A stretch of DNA of 61,370 nt, filler included. It is 11 parts of 11 records of this genome, joined end to end, with 100 filler letters (N's around TTAATTAATTAA, not from the genome) between each part and the next. Parts side by side here need not be neighbours in the genome. Positions count along the whole stretch, not along the records: positions 20,399 to 23,544 come from SRR7504441_13189; positions 23,645 to 30,412 come from SRR7504441_13192; positions 30,513 to 40,492 come from SRR7504441_13195; 8 more parts are not named here. One strand, written 5' to 3'. The notes below the pieces were generated by a model, which saw only the letters and a list, made by a program, of their open reading frames with translations, did not search any database and was not told the origin of the DNA. Made by a program: the position numbers and the translations under genes. Shown one piece after another: positions 23,496-36,800 of this stretch. How positions within the stretch are numbered: position 1 is the first letter of the stretch; every line of letters starts with the position of its first letter.

Positions 23496-23790
23496 CGCAG
23501 CCGCTGTTCGCCGCTCTTCCCGCCGCGAAGCTTCGGGCTCGCCANNNNNNNNNNNNNNNNNNNNNNNNNNNNNNNNNNNNNNNNNNNNTTAATTAATTAA
23601 NNNNNNNNNNNNNNNNNNNNNNNNNNNNNNNNNNNNNNNNNNNNCGGGCGCGCTGCTGCACGGTGCTGTCGCCCGTCTTCTGCCGCTGCTCCAGCTCGTC
23701 TAGCTGCGAGATCGCCACGCACTTGGACCACGCCTCGATCGCGATCGGGCCTCTCTCTGCTCTAATAACGACATTCCTGCCGGCCGGTTA

Positions 23791-24942
23791 ATGCTGCGGA
23801 AGCTGGTGGCCGGTACCCGCGAGGTGCCCGGTGGGCCGGTGCACATCGTCCTGGGGAACGAAGCGTGCGACGCCGACTCCATCTTCTCGAGCCTGGCCAT
23901 CGGGCTGCTCCGCCAGCGCACACGCCCGGCCGGGGCCGCACCGACAGTGCCGGTGCTCGCCTGCCCGCGCTCGGAACTCCAGTTCCGGCCCGAGTCGCGC
24001 AAGCTGCTGGCGCTGTGCGGGCTGCCCGAAGCCGAGCTGGTGCACCTGGACCAGCTGCCGCCCGACCTGCCCGCCCGGTGCGCCAACGGACAGCTCGAGC
24101 TCACCCTGACAGACCACAACGACGGCTCGCACCAGCAGGCGGCCGGGCTCGGGCCAGCGGTGGTGGAGATCATCGACCACCACGCCGACGTCGAGGGGCT
24201 GCCGCAGGTCGCGGGGGCAGCCCGGCGGATCGCGTTTCCGCTCGGGTCGTGCTGTACGTTGGTACACGAGATGGTCACGGCGGAGGCCCCGGAGCTGCTG
24301 GAGCCTGCGCTGCTCACCGCACTGGGCGGCGTGATCCTGCTGGACACCAACAACTGCCTGAATTCAGCCAAGACCACTGAGCGGGACCGGGCGGCCGCTC
24401 AGAGCATCTTTGGGCATGAGGGGCTGCCAGATCGGGATGCACTGTATGAGCAGTTGCAACAAGCCAAGACCGACCCGGATTACTGGAAGGGCCTGTCGGT
24501 ATACGATCTGCTTCGGGCAGACTACAAAGGGTACGAGCATAACGGTCGGCGGTATGGGATTGCCTCGGTCAATGGCGGCGTGGGCGGGCTCCGGGCGCTG
24601 CTCGGGGCAAGGGGCGAGGGAGAGCTGAATACGGCTTTCGAGCAGTATGCTGAGCACACTGGCACCGAGGCAATGCTGGCCATGTGCTGTTATCCATCGT
24701 CGGACGGCGGATGGGAGCATCCTTGCCGGGACCTGATGCTGTATTCCGGCTGCTCGGAGCTCGGGTCAGCCATTGCTGAGTTTCTAGAGGGGCAACACGA
24801 GTTATTACAGCTCGAGCCGGAGCCGTCGAGCATGCCCACAGTCAGAATCTACTCACAGGCCAACACTCGCTCGAGTCGGAAGCAAGTGGCGCCTTTGATG
24901 CAGACATTTTATTCGGATAGGGCGCCTTTAAATCAAAAATAA
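23791..24942 (+). CDS. PPX1: Exopolyphosphatase PPX1/PRUNE (DHH family)
   Basis: GNEACDADS, TDHN, IDHH, GSCCTLV, ILLDT, DYK and SRKQVAP motifs. Confidence 0.9.
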   Translation: MLRKLVAGTREVPGGPVHIVLGNEACDADSIFSSLAIGLLRQRTRPAGAAPTVPVLACPRSELQFRPESRKLLALCGLPEAELVHLDQLPPDLPARCANGQLELTLTDHNDGSHQQAAGLGPAVVEIIDHHADVEGLPQVAGAARRIAFPLGSCCTLVHEMVTAEAPELLEPALLTALGGVILLDTNNCLNSAKTTERDRAAAQSIFGHEGLPDRDALYEQLQQAKTDPDYWKGLSVYDLLRADYKGYEHNGRRYGIASVNGGVGGLRALLGARGEGELNTAFEQYAEHTGTEAMLAMCCYPSSDGGWEHPCRDLMLYSGCSELGSAIAEFLEGQHELLQLEPEPSSMPTVRIYSQANTRSSRKQVAPLMQTFYSDRAPLNQK

Positions 24943-25112
24943 TTCTCTCAATCGCGTTATTAACCGTAATCATGTTCGTACAAATCAATGACTCGTACAA
25001 AGCATTTTCGTACGTAACAAATCAATGACTACAATCATGTGTAGCTAATTAACGACTTGTCCGATGTCTAGGTGTTGTCGACCTATTCTAAATGATTTAC
25101 ATTTGCATTCTT

Positions 25113-28100
25113 TCAAACGCAGAGCTGCTCGAGGGCCGCATCGATTTGATAATTGCTGGTTTCGAGAGCTTGGCGCGATGCTTGTTCGTCGAAGCCCATC
25201 ATCACCAATTGCTCTACAAGAGCCAACAGATGGTCACGGCGCTCAGTTGTTGGAATTTGAGGGGCGGAGCTTGCTGTTGCCACCAAGTACTCGAGAGCGG
25301 CCTCCATGGACCCATGGGACGCATGAAGCGCTTGAGCTGCTGCCTCGCAAGTGAAGCCCATGCTCTCGATCGTGATCACCTTCTCTTGAAACCCGACTGC
25401 CAATGTCTCGGTGTTGCCTCCCTCAGGCAGCGGCTGAGTCATGAAAGTTTTCCACACAACGTCGTCTGCCGGGCTGCCCCAGACAAGCGGTTGAGTCATC
25501 ACCATGTAATCCACCACCATGTGCCCTTCAAACTGCCTCTGCACTTGCTGGCTAGGCTGCGATTGAAACCATTTCGCCAACGCTCGGCCAAGCCTCCTGA
25601 CTGCATCTTGGGTGGCAGTCACCGGCAGCGAATTGAAACCTGTGCAAGCCAGTGGCGCGAGAGCTTGCATCCATAGCCCGGCGAGGTGCGGACCATTGAT
25701 ATCCACCCGACCGCCTTCCACCTCAAACGGGGCAATCATGGCCTCCATTGCTGCCAGGAGCAAATTGGATGCGTTCTCGGATAGAGTGAGGAGGCCCTCG
25801 GCCATCAATCCGTGGAGTCGGAAGACGCAGCCAGCAGTATCTCGCAGTCGGCCCTGGTGTACCATTGTGAGCACTCCGAGGCAGTCAGTCCACCGCTTGT
25901 CTTCGAGTACAAGCTTAGCCACTAGCAGTATCCGATCGGGCTCATGTGCCATTTCGAAACACTGCCACTTCTCAAAGACTTCGGCTCGGAACTGTGCATC
26001 ATCGCCTACGGCAGTCTTGCTCCAGTCTGTCAGAAAGCTGTCCATGAACAGCAGCTCATCGTACTCGAGGCCAGAGAGCGCTGCGCGCTCAACCAAAGCT
26101 GGTTCGTCCACTTGATCATCGGGCTGGCAAACGGTTGAGTCTGTCAACGTGAGCTCAATAAGTGCGGGTGGGCTGTCAGTTGAAGGCTTGAGCAGCCCGA
26201 GCCACTCAAAAAACTTGGCGGTGCGCTCAATGTCCAGCTGGCAGTACATGTCGTCTTCGTAGCAATAGTCCACATAGCTCTCAAAGCCTTCGATCTGGTG
26301 TCCACTGCAGTAGATCCCAAAGAGCACCTCGCAGCTCTTACGGAATCTGGCCGCGGCTCTCAGCACAGGCAGCCATCTAGCCGCACCCGGCATGTTCTGG
26401 CTTAGTCTCGCTGTTCAGCGTCTCGAAGCATCTTCTCACAAAGAACTCGCGTGCGAAGAACTGTGCAAACCGTTCGAGGTAGATCGCGTTCTGCTGTCGC
26501 CATTTGTTGCCGAGTGGGTTCACCGCCTCATTGGCAAAATACTTGGCAGTGCGCACATCGCGGTTACCTTCGGGGAACTGGCCATGCCGCACCCGCTTGG
26601 CGATAACCTCAGCACGGTCCTTCTTTTTGAGCACCGACTGCCAGCTCTTGCCAAAGTTCTGAGGGTCCATGAAGGCCTGGGTTGCCTCAGGGGATAGGCC
26701 CGCCCAAAAGTCTACAAGCGGTCGGCCAAAGTCGTCCCAGATCGCAGACGGTACCGGGAGCTGGATAGCCATTGCGCTCCCGAGCATCGCAATCCACCAG
26801 TTGGCAGAGTGAGTGTCCACCTGCACCACGATTAGTCCCAGTCCCACAGGCAGCGTCACATTCTCTTCCATCCATTTCGGATATCCGCGCGCCAACGAGA
26901 GATATCCGCGCGCCGGTTCAATAAATGCTGAAGCGAAGGCCCTTTCCTTGTGCTCGTCGAGGTAGTCCTCAAAGCATCGGTAAACGTGCTGCAGGGCAGC
27001 ATCCGGTGCCTCGGCTGCAGCCATTGCATCGATGGCCTCTTGATCGCCATCGCCAGACGCTCTCAGTGAATTGGCCAGCACTGGCTCAAAGGCCTTGACT
27101 TGAACTTGCGGGCAGTGCAGCGCGTGGTCACAGACCTCCACCAAGGTGCTCTGAGCTAGCTCGGGATTATCTGATGCTAGCAGGTGGAGCCCAAGTGCAA
27201 AGAAGGGCTTCTTCCACTTTTCGAGTGCATGATAGACCTTGCGGGCCAGCTCAGCAACCGGCTTGCCCGAAACGATATCACGCTGTTTGTTGACTTTGGT
27301 GGTGCTGTACGCCACTCTGATCACCTCAGTCAACGCACGCTCGAATTCAGATTCATTAGCCATTGCTTCGAGCATCTGGTGGTGACGCTCTTTGGCTTTG
27401 TTGATCAGCCGCATCAATTGAGTGGTGGCCATCCAGTGGGGCGCCACGCTCACGAGTCCAGCTGCCGCTGCATAGTCATCTAGCGGCCGCCTGCCAGGAT
27501 CGAGCCATCGCTGCCACACTTGCTGCTCATCTTTCTTGCCGATCCGCTGGATATAAGCCACTGACCCGCCATCACCCGGTCCGAATGACTGGAGCTCGGC
27601 CTCGACTTGACTCAACTGCTCCCACAGCTGCAGCCGCGCCCCAGATGAGGCTTCCGCTAGCACCGGAGCCACGATTGGCTGGAAGCGCGGATCTGGCTCG
27701 AGTTCTGCAAGCACGAGCAGCCCCGACAGCTGGCAATGGGCTACTATCAGCTGACCAGCTCCAGTCGGCGAAAGCAGCCCGTCCGGTCGGCACTCCCAGG
27801 TCTGGCCGGCGTCGGGATTGTCCCCGAGCATCAGCGGAATGCCAGGACCGGGCGTGCCCCGGACAGCGAGATGCAGCTGAGGCGCCCCTGCAAGGCAGAT
27901 CCGACCATCTCGGATCAGCACCGCCAGGCCCTCTCCCAGGCCCAGGGTCAGAAGCTCTGGGTCGACCGAGCTCTGGAGCACTGCCATCGGCTCGCCGGCG
28001 TCGCCCGGCGTGACCGTCAGCCTTAGCTCGCAGTTCGATCTCAGGTCGGCCAGCTCGATGGCAATGGTGCGCAACTCGGCGTCTACTGTGCCGCCCTCCA

Positions 28101-28281
28101 GGTCCCGTCGGACGGCCAGCCGCTCATGGTGGAATGCGAGCTCCTGGAGTGTGCCCGGGCGACCCGCGTTCTGGCAAGGCTCGGTCGGGCCGGTGTGCAG
28201 CTGCCGAAGCAGATCGAGCCTGCAACGAAGCTGAGCCAAGGCCTCGGCTGGCTCAAATGAGTGGCTGGCAGCATTAATCAT
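25113..28281 (-). CDS. Large hypothetical protein with two C-terminal UBA domains
   Basis: ESMGF..AAAQAL...MEAALEYL and MMGF..SRQAL...IDAALEQL; an intron near 26345-26390 joins the two ORFs. Confidence 0.65.
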
Positions 28282-28509
28282 GGTCTCTCGGTATGTAAGC
28301 CCGAGCTATGCCATGTTCACCGCGCCCCTGACCTCTCGGAAGGAAACTTGCCCAGTCAGCTGCCAGTCACTGTCCATAGTGTTTCTTAGATTAGGAACGT
28401 GCTACTTGCTTGCACTGCTAGCTTGCTGCTGCACTACAGCTGTAGTTACCGAGCTTTATTAAAGCACGTACTAACACACACTACGATTCAGCTAAGCGTC
28501 AGCGGCATG

Positions 28510-29278
28510 CTATTGAAGCCCACAAGCATCTTCCTGGAGTGCATTCCTGAGGAAAGATAAAACTAGGATGCCAACTAGGGAAGTTTGCGGTTGAATCGAA
28601 CGATCATCATGCCGCCATATACAAAAAGTAGCTTTCCAAAGTGCTCCGATCGACGCCACACTGTGCTCCACCCAGCCTCGCATACCCCAAGCGCGGTCCA
28701 CCATGAACTTACAGGTTGCTGGCAATCAGGATCTGAGTACATTAAAACCCGCGCAAAGCCTTCGTGGTGCTCGTATTCAGCTAGTGCTGCGAGTTCTTGC
28801 AAATGGCCCACTCGGTGCCGTCTTGTCATTCTCTGAGCTGCCAACCAAAGAACAATTTCCCGCCGCACTTCAAAATTTGCCAATTTTTGCTTGGTTTGCG
28901 GGGTCAGTAGTCCGTGATACTGTTGGGTTCTGTGACAGGGGCCAGCAACTTGGTCAGAGAGAGTGGACCTTCATCCTGCACCAGCAGCGCCCTGCGGGTA
29001 AGCAGGGCCAGCACGAAGCCCGACACCAGCGACTTCATGTAGACCCCGAGCTGCGCGTCCTGCTTGCCCAGGGACCCCGTCAGTGTGGAGACCAGCACCA
29101 CCCGCCCCGCCCTGAGCCGTTCGCTGTGCGCGGCATTGTGCTGCAACAGCAGCTCCACTAGGCCATCCAGCTCCTCCTGCGGCTGGCCCAGCGCCAGAAG
29201 CGTCCGGAGCGCCTCCTGGGAGCAGCTCAACGCCGCGCTGCTCACCGCCAGTCCCATGAGGAGCACCACCAAGCGCAT
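28510..29278 (-). CDS. Secreted or membrane-anchored protein with a fucosyltransferase-like (GT37) motif; 3' structure uncertain
   Basis: Signal peptide MRLVVLLMGLAVSSA; SLVSGFVLALLTRRALLV. Confidence 0.35.
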
Positions 29279-29337
29279 TGCTCGGCAGGCTCCCCCGACA
29301 AGCTCCGGATGTTTTCATAACGGACGCTTTGAACAAG

Positions 29338-30412
29338 ATGCCTCGAGCCGGAGGTGGCGGGACCACGTCCTCGGCCAAAGCGGAGGTGCGGCGTCTCGGG
29401 CGGGGGTGGTGAAGTGGCTGGCAGGCGATCTTCCTCCAGGCGATGCTCTGTCAGCATGTGATGACCGAGCGCGAGGCCAACAAGCTGCTACGCAAGTGCT
29501 ACCAGGCCGACCACGCGCACAGAGGCGCGACCCCCACGCTGGCCGATGCCATCGAGCGAATGAGTGAGTGCGCCTCCAGTCGGCTGGACTCACGACCGAC
29601 AGATGGCTCGGAGTCGGCCGGGCTGGGCCGGCTGCACCTGCAGCTCCGGTGGGGCCGCTCTGAGGACGAGCCGTGCAAGTCGCACCTTGTGATTGCCAAC
29701 ACGGCCGACGATGAGATCGCCACCAAGTTTGGGTTCGGGACGGCCGAGCACAAACCGGATGAGCAGCGCATGGAACTGCTAAAGCACATCGTACCCGCGC
29801 GCTGCGAGTGGCGCTGAGCGGGGAGCAGATCTCTGCGATAGTGGTCAGGGACGGGGTGCTGGACCGGGAAGAGGCGGCCACGCTGGGAAAGCTGCCGGCC
29901 AGTGTGCACCGTGGGCAGCCGTGGAATGCCGAACTGCCTGCGATGAAAGCGTCGGAGGTCGGCCAGCGGCGGGGGTCACGGTCAAGGGAGCGGGGCAGGT
30001 GAGAGATGCGCTCGACGACTTCTTGGGCCAGTGCTGGCTGGTCCGCCGGGAGGGCGGAGTGGGGATCGGGGTCCGCACGCTAGTGGAAATGTCAGATTTC
30101 ATAGAGAACGTCGATGGCGTGGACAAGTGCATATGTGACGAGCCAATTACCTACGTGGGCCTGTGCGCAGAGCCCTGGTGATGACGTGGCTTGGGCAGGG
30201 CGCGTCGTGCCCCAACCCTGGGTGCTCAAAGAAGCTGCACTTCCACTGCGCCCGGGCCACACTGAAACGCAACCAAAAGTGTCCCTTCTGCACGTTAGAT
30301 TGGTAAGTGGGGTGGGGGTTGGCTCGTTGTGAGATAGCCTGCAGGCCCTTGAGCTCACTGGGTCCGGAGATAGTCGACGACGAGGAAGAGGAAGAGGAGG
30401 AGGAGGAGGAGG
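29338..30412 (+). CDS. NSE1: SMC5/6 complex subunit Nse1, spliced, 3' truncated
   Basis: IFLQAML..VMTEREA; L..FL...WL...GVRTLVEM; RING-like C-C..CPNPGC..LHFHC..CPFC..W; acidic tail. Confidence 0.82.
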
Positions 30413-30874
30413 NNNNNNNNNNNNNNNNNNNNNNNNNNNNNNNNNNNNNNNNNNNNTTAATTAATTAANNNNNNNNNNNNNNNNNNNNNNNNNNNNNNNN
30501 NNNNNNNNNNNNACAAATTTAGATTGTAGCCAATCACTGCTATAGTCTAGACTCTACGGATGTAACGAGCGACTAATAACGAGCGACGTAAGAGAACGAG
30601 CGACGCGAGTGAGTCAAATCATGATTCTTTTGTAAATCGTTGCGTTGCAATGGTGTTGCCTGGAGGCTGCTAGTGAGCATTACCATCTCTACCCATAACT
30701 AAAACTTTTAACTAAATATATTTCACCCGCAATTTTGAATTGGTGGCTTTGGGAATTCGCAAATGAGCATGCAGTCCGCTACTTGGCTTTGTCAGCTTCG
30801 TCAACTTGCTCAGAAAATTGACCGGTCCGTACAAAATCCGAGCTAGGGCATCGCCGTCAGCTCTGTTCAGTCAA

Positions 30875-33800
30875 TCAATCGTTGCTGATCCAGTTGACGG
30901 TGATGCCCTCGGTCGGATTGGTCAATTCCTTGAGCGAGCTGCGGAAGAGCATCATCGCGGGCCCCATGTTGCTGATCATCACGTCCTGAATCTCCAAGAA
31001 GGGCGCGTATTCCTCACATTCATACAGGGCTGGTGGGCCGAATTCATCATCGTAATCTGGATGCGATGGGGGGACCTCGATGCCATACCAAAGTTCCCAG
31101 AGCTGCTTCTGACCCGCCAATTGCATGCTGTATGCATTAGGCTCGGCAAAGTTGCCAAACTGAGCACGCAGCATTGCCGTCATTGCTTCGACCACGCAGC
31201 TGAGGTCCTGCAGGCTCAGCTTGTGAGTCTCCTGCAGCAATTCCTTCTCGGCTTTCTCAGACAATGGGATCTGCCAAACATGTCAAACACACCCGTGCAA
31301 GGCCAGCAGTCACCATGTAGGTTTGGTTGAGCTCGTCAAGCACGTCAGGCTTCAACCTCTCAGTCAAGCGGCTCTCCAGATCTCGCAAGTTGCTCAGCAT
31401 GACAGCTGAGCGGACAGTCCCTGAGGCATCCCCAAAGTGGCTCAGCTCTTCGTCATTCAGCAACAAGGTATCCTGTGCAAACTTGCCCAGGGCCTCGTCT
31501 TCCTCGAGCTGCAGCATCTGCAGGAAGCCGCGGCTCTGCTTGACTCTTTCGAGACACTGGCCCACTTGGAGCAGGGAGCCGAGCTCGTCAAACATCTGGG
31601 CCGCCATCTCGGATTCTGCAAAACGATAAGTCACGCGCAAGATGCTCGGCATGACTCACCCATCATGACCTGATCGATGCCGCCGATTGGACCAGTATAT
31701 CCGAGCATCTCGACACCGGCAAACTTGAAATTCCGAATCAAAGCGCTAACCTGTGCATGCGACCCGAGCACATGCTCACGAATCCATGCGGTGAGCGCAT
31801 TCTTGTTGAATGAAATCTCGGTGCCTTTGCCATAGCCGAGTGATTGTGTCGCAGATCTTTTGAGTTCAGCCTGCAGCCCAGCAGGTGAGCCAGCTGCAAT
31901 CAGATCTACTGGATCCGACCTCCCAAAGCATTTGGTCATACTCAAGCATGTCGCTTTCCTGGAGTGCCTTGAGTGGCACGGATTCAAGCCCTTCTGCTGA
32001 TGCGCCATCTGGAAGCAAACAAGGCTCAGTTGGCAGCTAGGCACAGCGGGTCACGCACTGAGCAAGCCTTCCTGGAGGTGAGAAATAAACTCGTTGTGCT
32101 TGGTGATGCAGTCTTCCAATAACAGTTTAGCATACCATGCAAGGGTGTCTTCCTTGGACTCTGTGATCATTGCAGCCATCAGAGGCACTTCACTGGCATT
32201 CGACGACAAAGTCGGAATCACGATTTGCTGGCACTCGAGCATTGTGATTCCAGGGCACACGGCATTCCAAGCATGGTGGTATGCGCTCCATGCTGCGGTC
32301 CACTCATCTTTCTCATGACCCTCGACCTCATCGATCACGTCCTGGATTGTCATATAGCCCGCAGCGGTTGTCAGGACCTTATCCTTGATCAGAAAGTTAG
32401 CATACTTGCGGAAAACCATGCCCTGGAAATGGACGAGCGCGTACATTTCAGAAGAAATCACCAGGTTCTCTCTGTTGTCATCAAGAGCTTTTATGGCGCC
32501 CCATGCCATGGTTCTCTCCATCTCGTCCAGCTGGTTGAAGTGAAACCAGAACATATCAGAGCTGACTGGCTGCCTGTATCGGAACAGGCAGGGTTTCTCA
32601 GAGTTTCGGATCTGTGGGTCATTCGAAATCTGGACAATCTCGTCCAGAAGATTGCCCAGCTCCATCTGCTGTTGCCCTCCCTCCGAGGCATTCTTCATGT
32701 TGTTGACACGCTGCTTTGTGGCTGGTGTCTTGTCCAGAACAGCGGCAACCACGACCTTCTCAAACTGGTGCTCGTAATTCCAACGGTCAGTGGCCGAGCC
32801 CACGCCTCTCTCGGACATTGATGAGAGAAGTTCGACCATCATATGCAATCTAAGCGACACCTCCTCAGAACTGAGCTGAAGCAGCCGGCGAATCATGTCG
32901 AAATCCTCTTGCATTCGCTTCTGGAAGTTGTCCTTAGGCATATTCGTCTTAACAAGATCTGTGACTTGACGATTATTGCCAAGGCCAAGTGACATTGCAA
33001 GCAGCCCGTGAAGGAAGAAACGGAGAATCCGGAACGTGATGGGGCGTAGATTTCGGTAGGTGTCAGTGATATTACCTTCATCGGCCTTCATGCCTTGTCC
33101 ATAGCCAATTGGGGCATTGTCAGCCTGAGCACCGATCACTTTCACTTTGTTGATGTTCACATCACCGCCATCTGCGGTGTGGTAGGCCCAATTGCCGATG
33201 CTTGTTCCGTGGCTATGATTGAAACCTACAATCTTGTTCCCAGATGCCATTGTATGCCCACCTGTACCAGTTGCATTGCCAATAGGAGCCCCGCACTCAG
33301 GGCATTTGCCACTCTGCGATGGGCGGGTGCAGTTTCCAATAGTGTAGCGATGGCCATTTGGGCACTCGTAGACTCCCACGTTCTCCGACATTGCTTTGAG
33401 CACCTCGGCCCACTCGTCCTCCGGCATCGATATCAAGTGCAACTCGGCAAGGGCGCCAGGGTTGAGGAGCAGAACACCAAGTGCACTGTCTCTCACGTTT
33501 GATGCGCCGGGCTGATTGATCAGAGCTGCCAGATGAAACAGAGGTCGCACCATCAGCACATCATCTAAAGTCCTTTCATCTTCATAGCGGAGAAGTGGAG
33601 TTCGGATCTCGTTGAGACAGAGTGCAGTGGTGAGCTGAGCAATCCCGCTGCCCATGGCGCTGTGGCTTTCAGCAACACTGCGCAGGCTCTGCACATGTGC
33701 ATTGAGCCCGCCATAGCTCCGTGTGTTTGAGCGACCAAGGTAGCCTTCACCGAATGCAGCCATCACCATGGTTATTCCAGCTTGGTTTGTAGGTACCTGA

Positions 33801-36800
33801 CTGAAGCAAGCCAGTCCGTCAGTGCTGCCGCTCTGGAGAGTGTTCTTGAGCTCCTGGGTACAGTGTGAGAAGGGTTTGACGCCGACAATTTCGTAGAATG
33901 GATCGGAACTGGGTACATGAGGTCCTGAAGAGCTGAGGATGCTAGCAAGATTCAGCTCCGGGCACACCACATTGGGATATTGAATCTGGAGCTCAGAATC
34001 AATCAGCTTCAGAATGGCTGGCTGCAGCCCAACAAGGTGCTGAAGGTGCTTCATGAAAAAGAGCTGGCTCGGACGACGATAGGCTTCTCCATAGCCTGTC
34101 AAGCACATTACATCGCCTGCTTTGGATAGGACTGAAGCACTCCTGGACCGCTCTGCCCTTACGCCCCCGGGCAGATAATGTACTGCATTCGCCACCACAA
34201 TCTTGAGCAGAGCAATTCCACGGAGCATGTTGAACATCATTAGATTGTCTGAGTCCTGACACAAGAACTGTTCGGCCTGCACTGCGTATTGCTCGAGTGT
34301 TTTTTCGAATTCAGTCGAGTGTTGAGAGCTCAAATCTCTCTCATCGAGATTTTGGGAGTAGCGGTCTTCGAGCGCCTCCATCACAAGAACAGAGTATTGA
34401 TGATCATTGTGCCGGTGTTGGTCGTAGAAGTGGTTTATCCTGGCATCAATCTCCTGGAAAATGAAGTCGTCCTCTTTGTCCACATCAGCCACCGAGAGCA
34501 GTAGTCGCATCATCTCCACAAGGTCGCCCACCTTGAGCTGGACTGAAGTCTTGCCTGACTTGAGTGCAATAGCGAGCACGATACTCACAACGTCACGCAT
34601 CAGCGGGCTGGCGGTACTCGGTGCCGCCTCAATAGGCGACTCCAGGGCAGCCAAAATATGCAAAATCATGCCCTGAACTTCACGCTCTGGGGCAATACCA
34701 CCAGAGAAGCAGAACTTGCAGATGTAATGCGACACAAAGTCCCAGACACACTCACTTGCACCTTCGCGCACAATGTCGATAGAGGCCAGGTATTCGAATA
34801 CTGCCTTCATCTGATCGAGTATCCTGAAGTCGCCATGAAGGCTGCAAACCATCCCTACTGCAGAGGTCGGGTCCATGTCAAACCGCATCAAGATGTGATA
34901 CAGGAGGTCCTTGAGCAGCATTAGCTTGTTCCAGTTGTGCTGCAGCTCGATGCAAGCTTTCTCGCCCTGCTGCCCACTTGCAGAAATCGTCTTCAGTAGC
35001 TCTGTCATGTTGGCTGTGATCAGTGAAATCGTTTGGTAGCATTGCGTCATCTGAGGCAACTGCGACTTGTTCCTCTCCCAGGGTCTAACGTTGCCAATGA
35101 GCGACGTCACAGCACCCACCACCGATAGAAAGTACTCAGATATCAACCCAAGCAGTGGGCCAAATGGTGAATTATCTGTGCCTCCTTCGATGCGACGCTT
35201 AAACACTGGCACGATAGTGTCTGTTGACACACCCAATTGAAGTAGCTGGGCCTGGATTCTCAAGATGGCCTGGCAATACTCGAATGACCCATGCAGAGCC
35301 AGATGCACGTCTGAAAGACTTGTGAAGCAGGCATTAGCTGGGCGCTCGGTCATTTCAACAGCAGTCACTGTGGCAATTGCTTCAAGTGTAGCGCGGAAGG
35401 ACGGGACCACATACGGGCAAGTGGGCAATTCAGGAAGCTTGAGCTGGATCAAGTCTCGAAGGTACAGCCGTGCCTGATAGTGAGTCACACGCCCAACCAG
35501 CTGGCCTATAGGCTGGCTCTCGATCAACTTGCTTGCGTTGACCCATGATTCCTTGTCATTATTCAGCACCCTTGTGGCTTGCAGTGACAGCATCTTCTGC
35601 ACTTGCGGCGCAATGTATTTGGAGAATGGAAAGGCGGCTAGAAATGAATCTGTAGATGCATCAGATACTGCAACCAGCGTTTCAACCATGTCAGCATTGA
35701 TGACTGCAAAGGTCAGCAAGGACTCGTGCTGAACCATCTTGACCCAGAGCTGGGCCAGCTCTTTGTCATCCGCACCACCGTTCTCAGATTTGAAGAGCAC
35801 CATCAGGTTACGATTCATGTCAATCACGGCCATGAAGTGGGTGAATGCCTTGAGAATCAGCCTCTCCAACCGGAGAGACAGTGCACGCGTGAAGGTTCGC
35901 CCAGCCGCAATCTCCGCTTGAGAGAGCGTGAGCTGCCAGCCAGGAGCAAGCGACTGCTTGTTAATCATTTCAAGCAGTCGCTTGATGCACAAACGCTGGA
36001 AATAATCCTTGCCCAGCATCGATTTCAGAAGATCTAGCTGCTCACTCGGATTGGGCCGGATGTTGGCTGGGTAAGCCAGGTAGGCCATGCAGTGCCGAAG
36101 ACCTTGTCGAAGTACCTGCACAATGTTGAGCTGCGAATCCTCCTTCATCAGGATCTCGAGTGCTGCAGTGGCACGAAGGTCGCTCAGAGGCGGCACATCA
36201 GGGTGAGCCAGTAGCGTGTCCAACGTCACCTGAGACAGAACAAGTACTAGTCAGCACCAGTCTCACTTTTGAATACTTACAAAGTTCCATCCACTTATGA
36301 AAGATAGAGAGAGAGGCTGGACGCAGCCTGGTATGTTGTCGTCCTTGTGCAGATGTGCGACAAACACCACATGCTTCACGATGTCTGGGCGTATCTCTTC
36401 GAGCAGCTGTTGCTTCTCGGCAACAATATACTGTGTGTGGCTGTACCTCTGCAACGATCTCCTGTTCTCTAGGTCACTTTGCAGAATAAGGATGTTGCTG
36501 TCGGAGCCTGCATCAAAGAACGCTGTGATCTTCTTACTGAGAGTCTGAACACTGTCCAATGTGTCAATGCACACCACAGTTGAATTGAGATTGCACTCGG
36601 TATCAATTGGATGCTCAGCATCAGCACCAGTGAGGCTAGAATAGTCTTCTGTGACACCAGAGAATGTCGAGACCATAAGCTTGACACCCTTGCCGTCAGC
36701 TTGCTCGATCATCTGATTAAGCAGCCCCGGCAGCGACTCGTGCCGCTGGTTTTCAAAGTAAGTAGTCTGAAACCGCTGCATGTCGGCCACCAGCTTGGTT

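Noticed and set aside
30563..30604. Three copies of AACGAGCGAC; similar short repeats at 13504-13525, 19081-19111 and 24983-25030
   Set aside because: Short, irregular, low-complexity repeats in AT-rich 3' regions; no shared consensus or associated gene.
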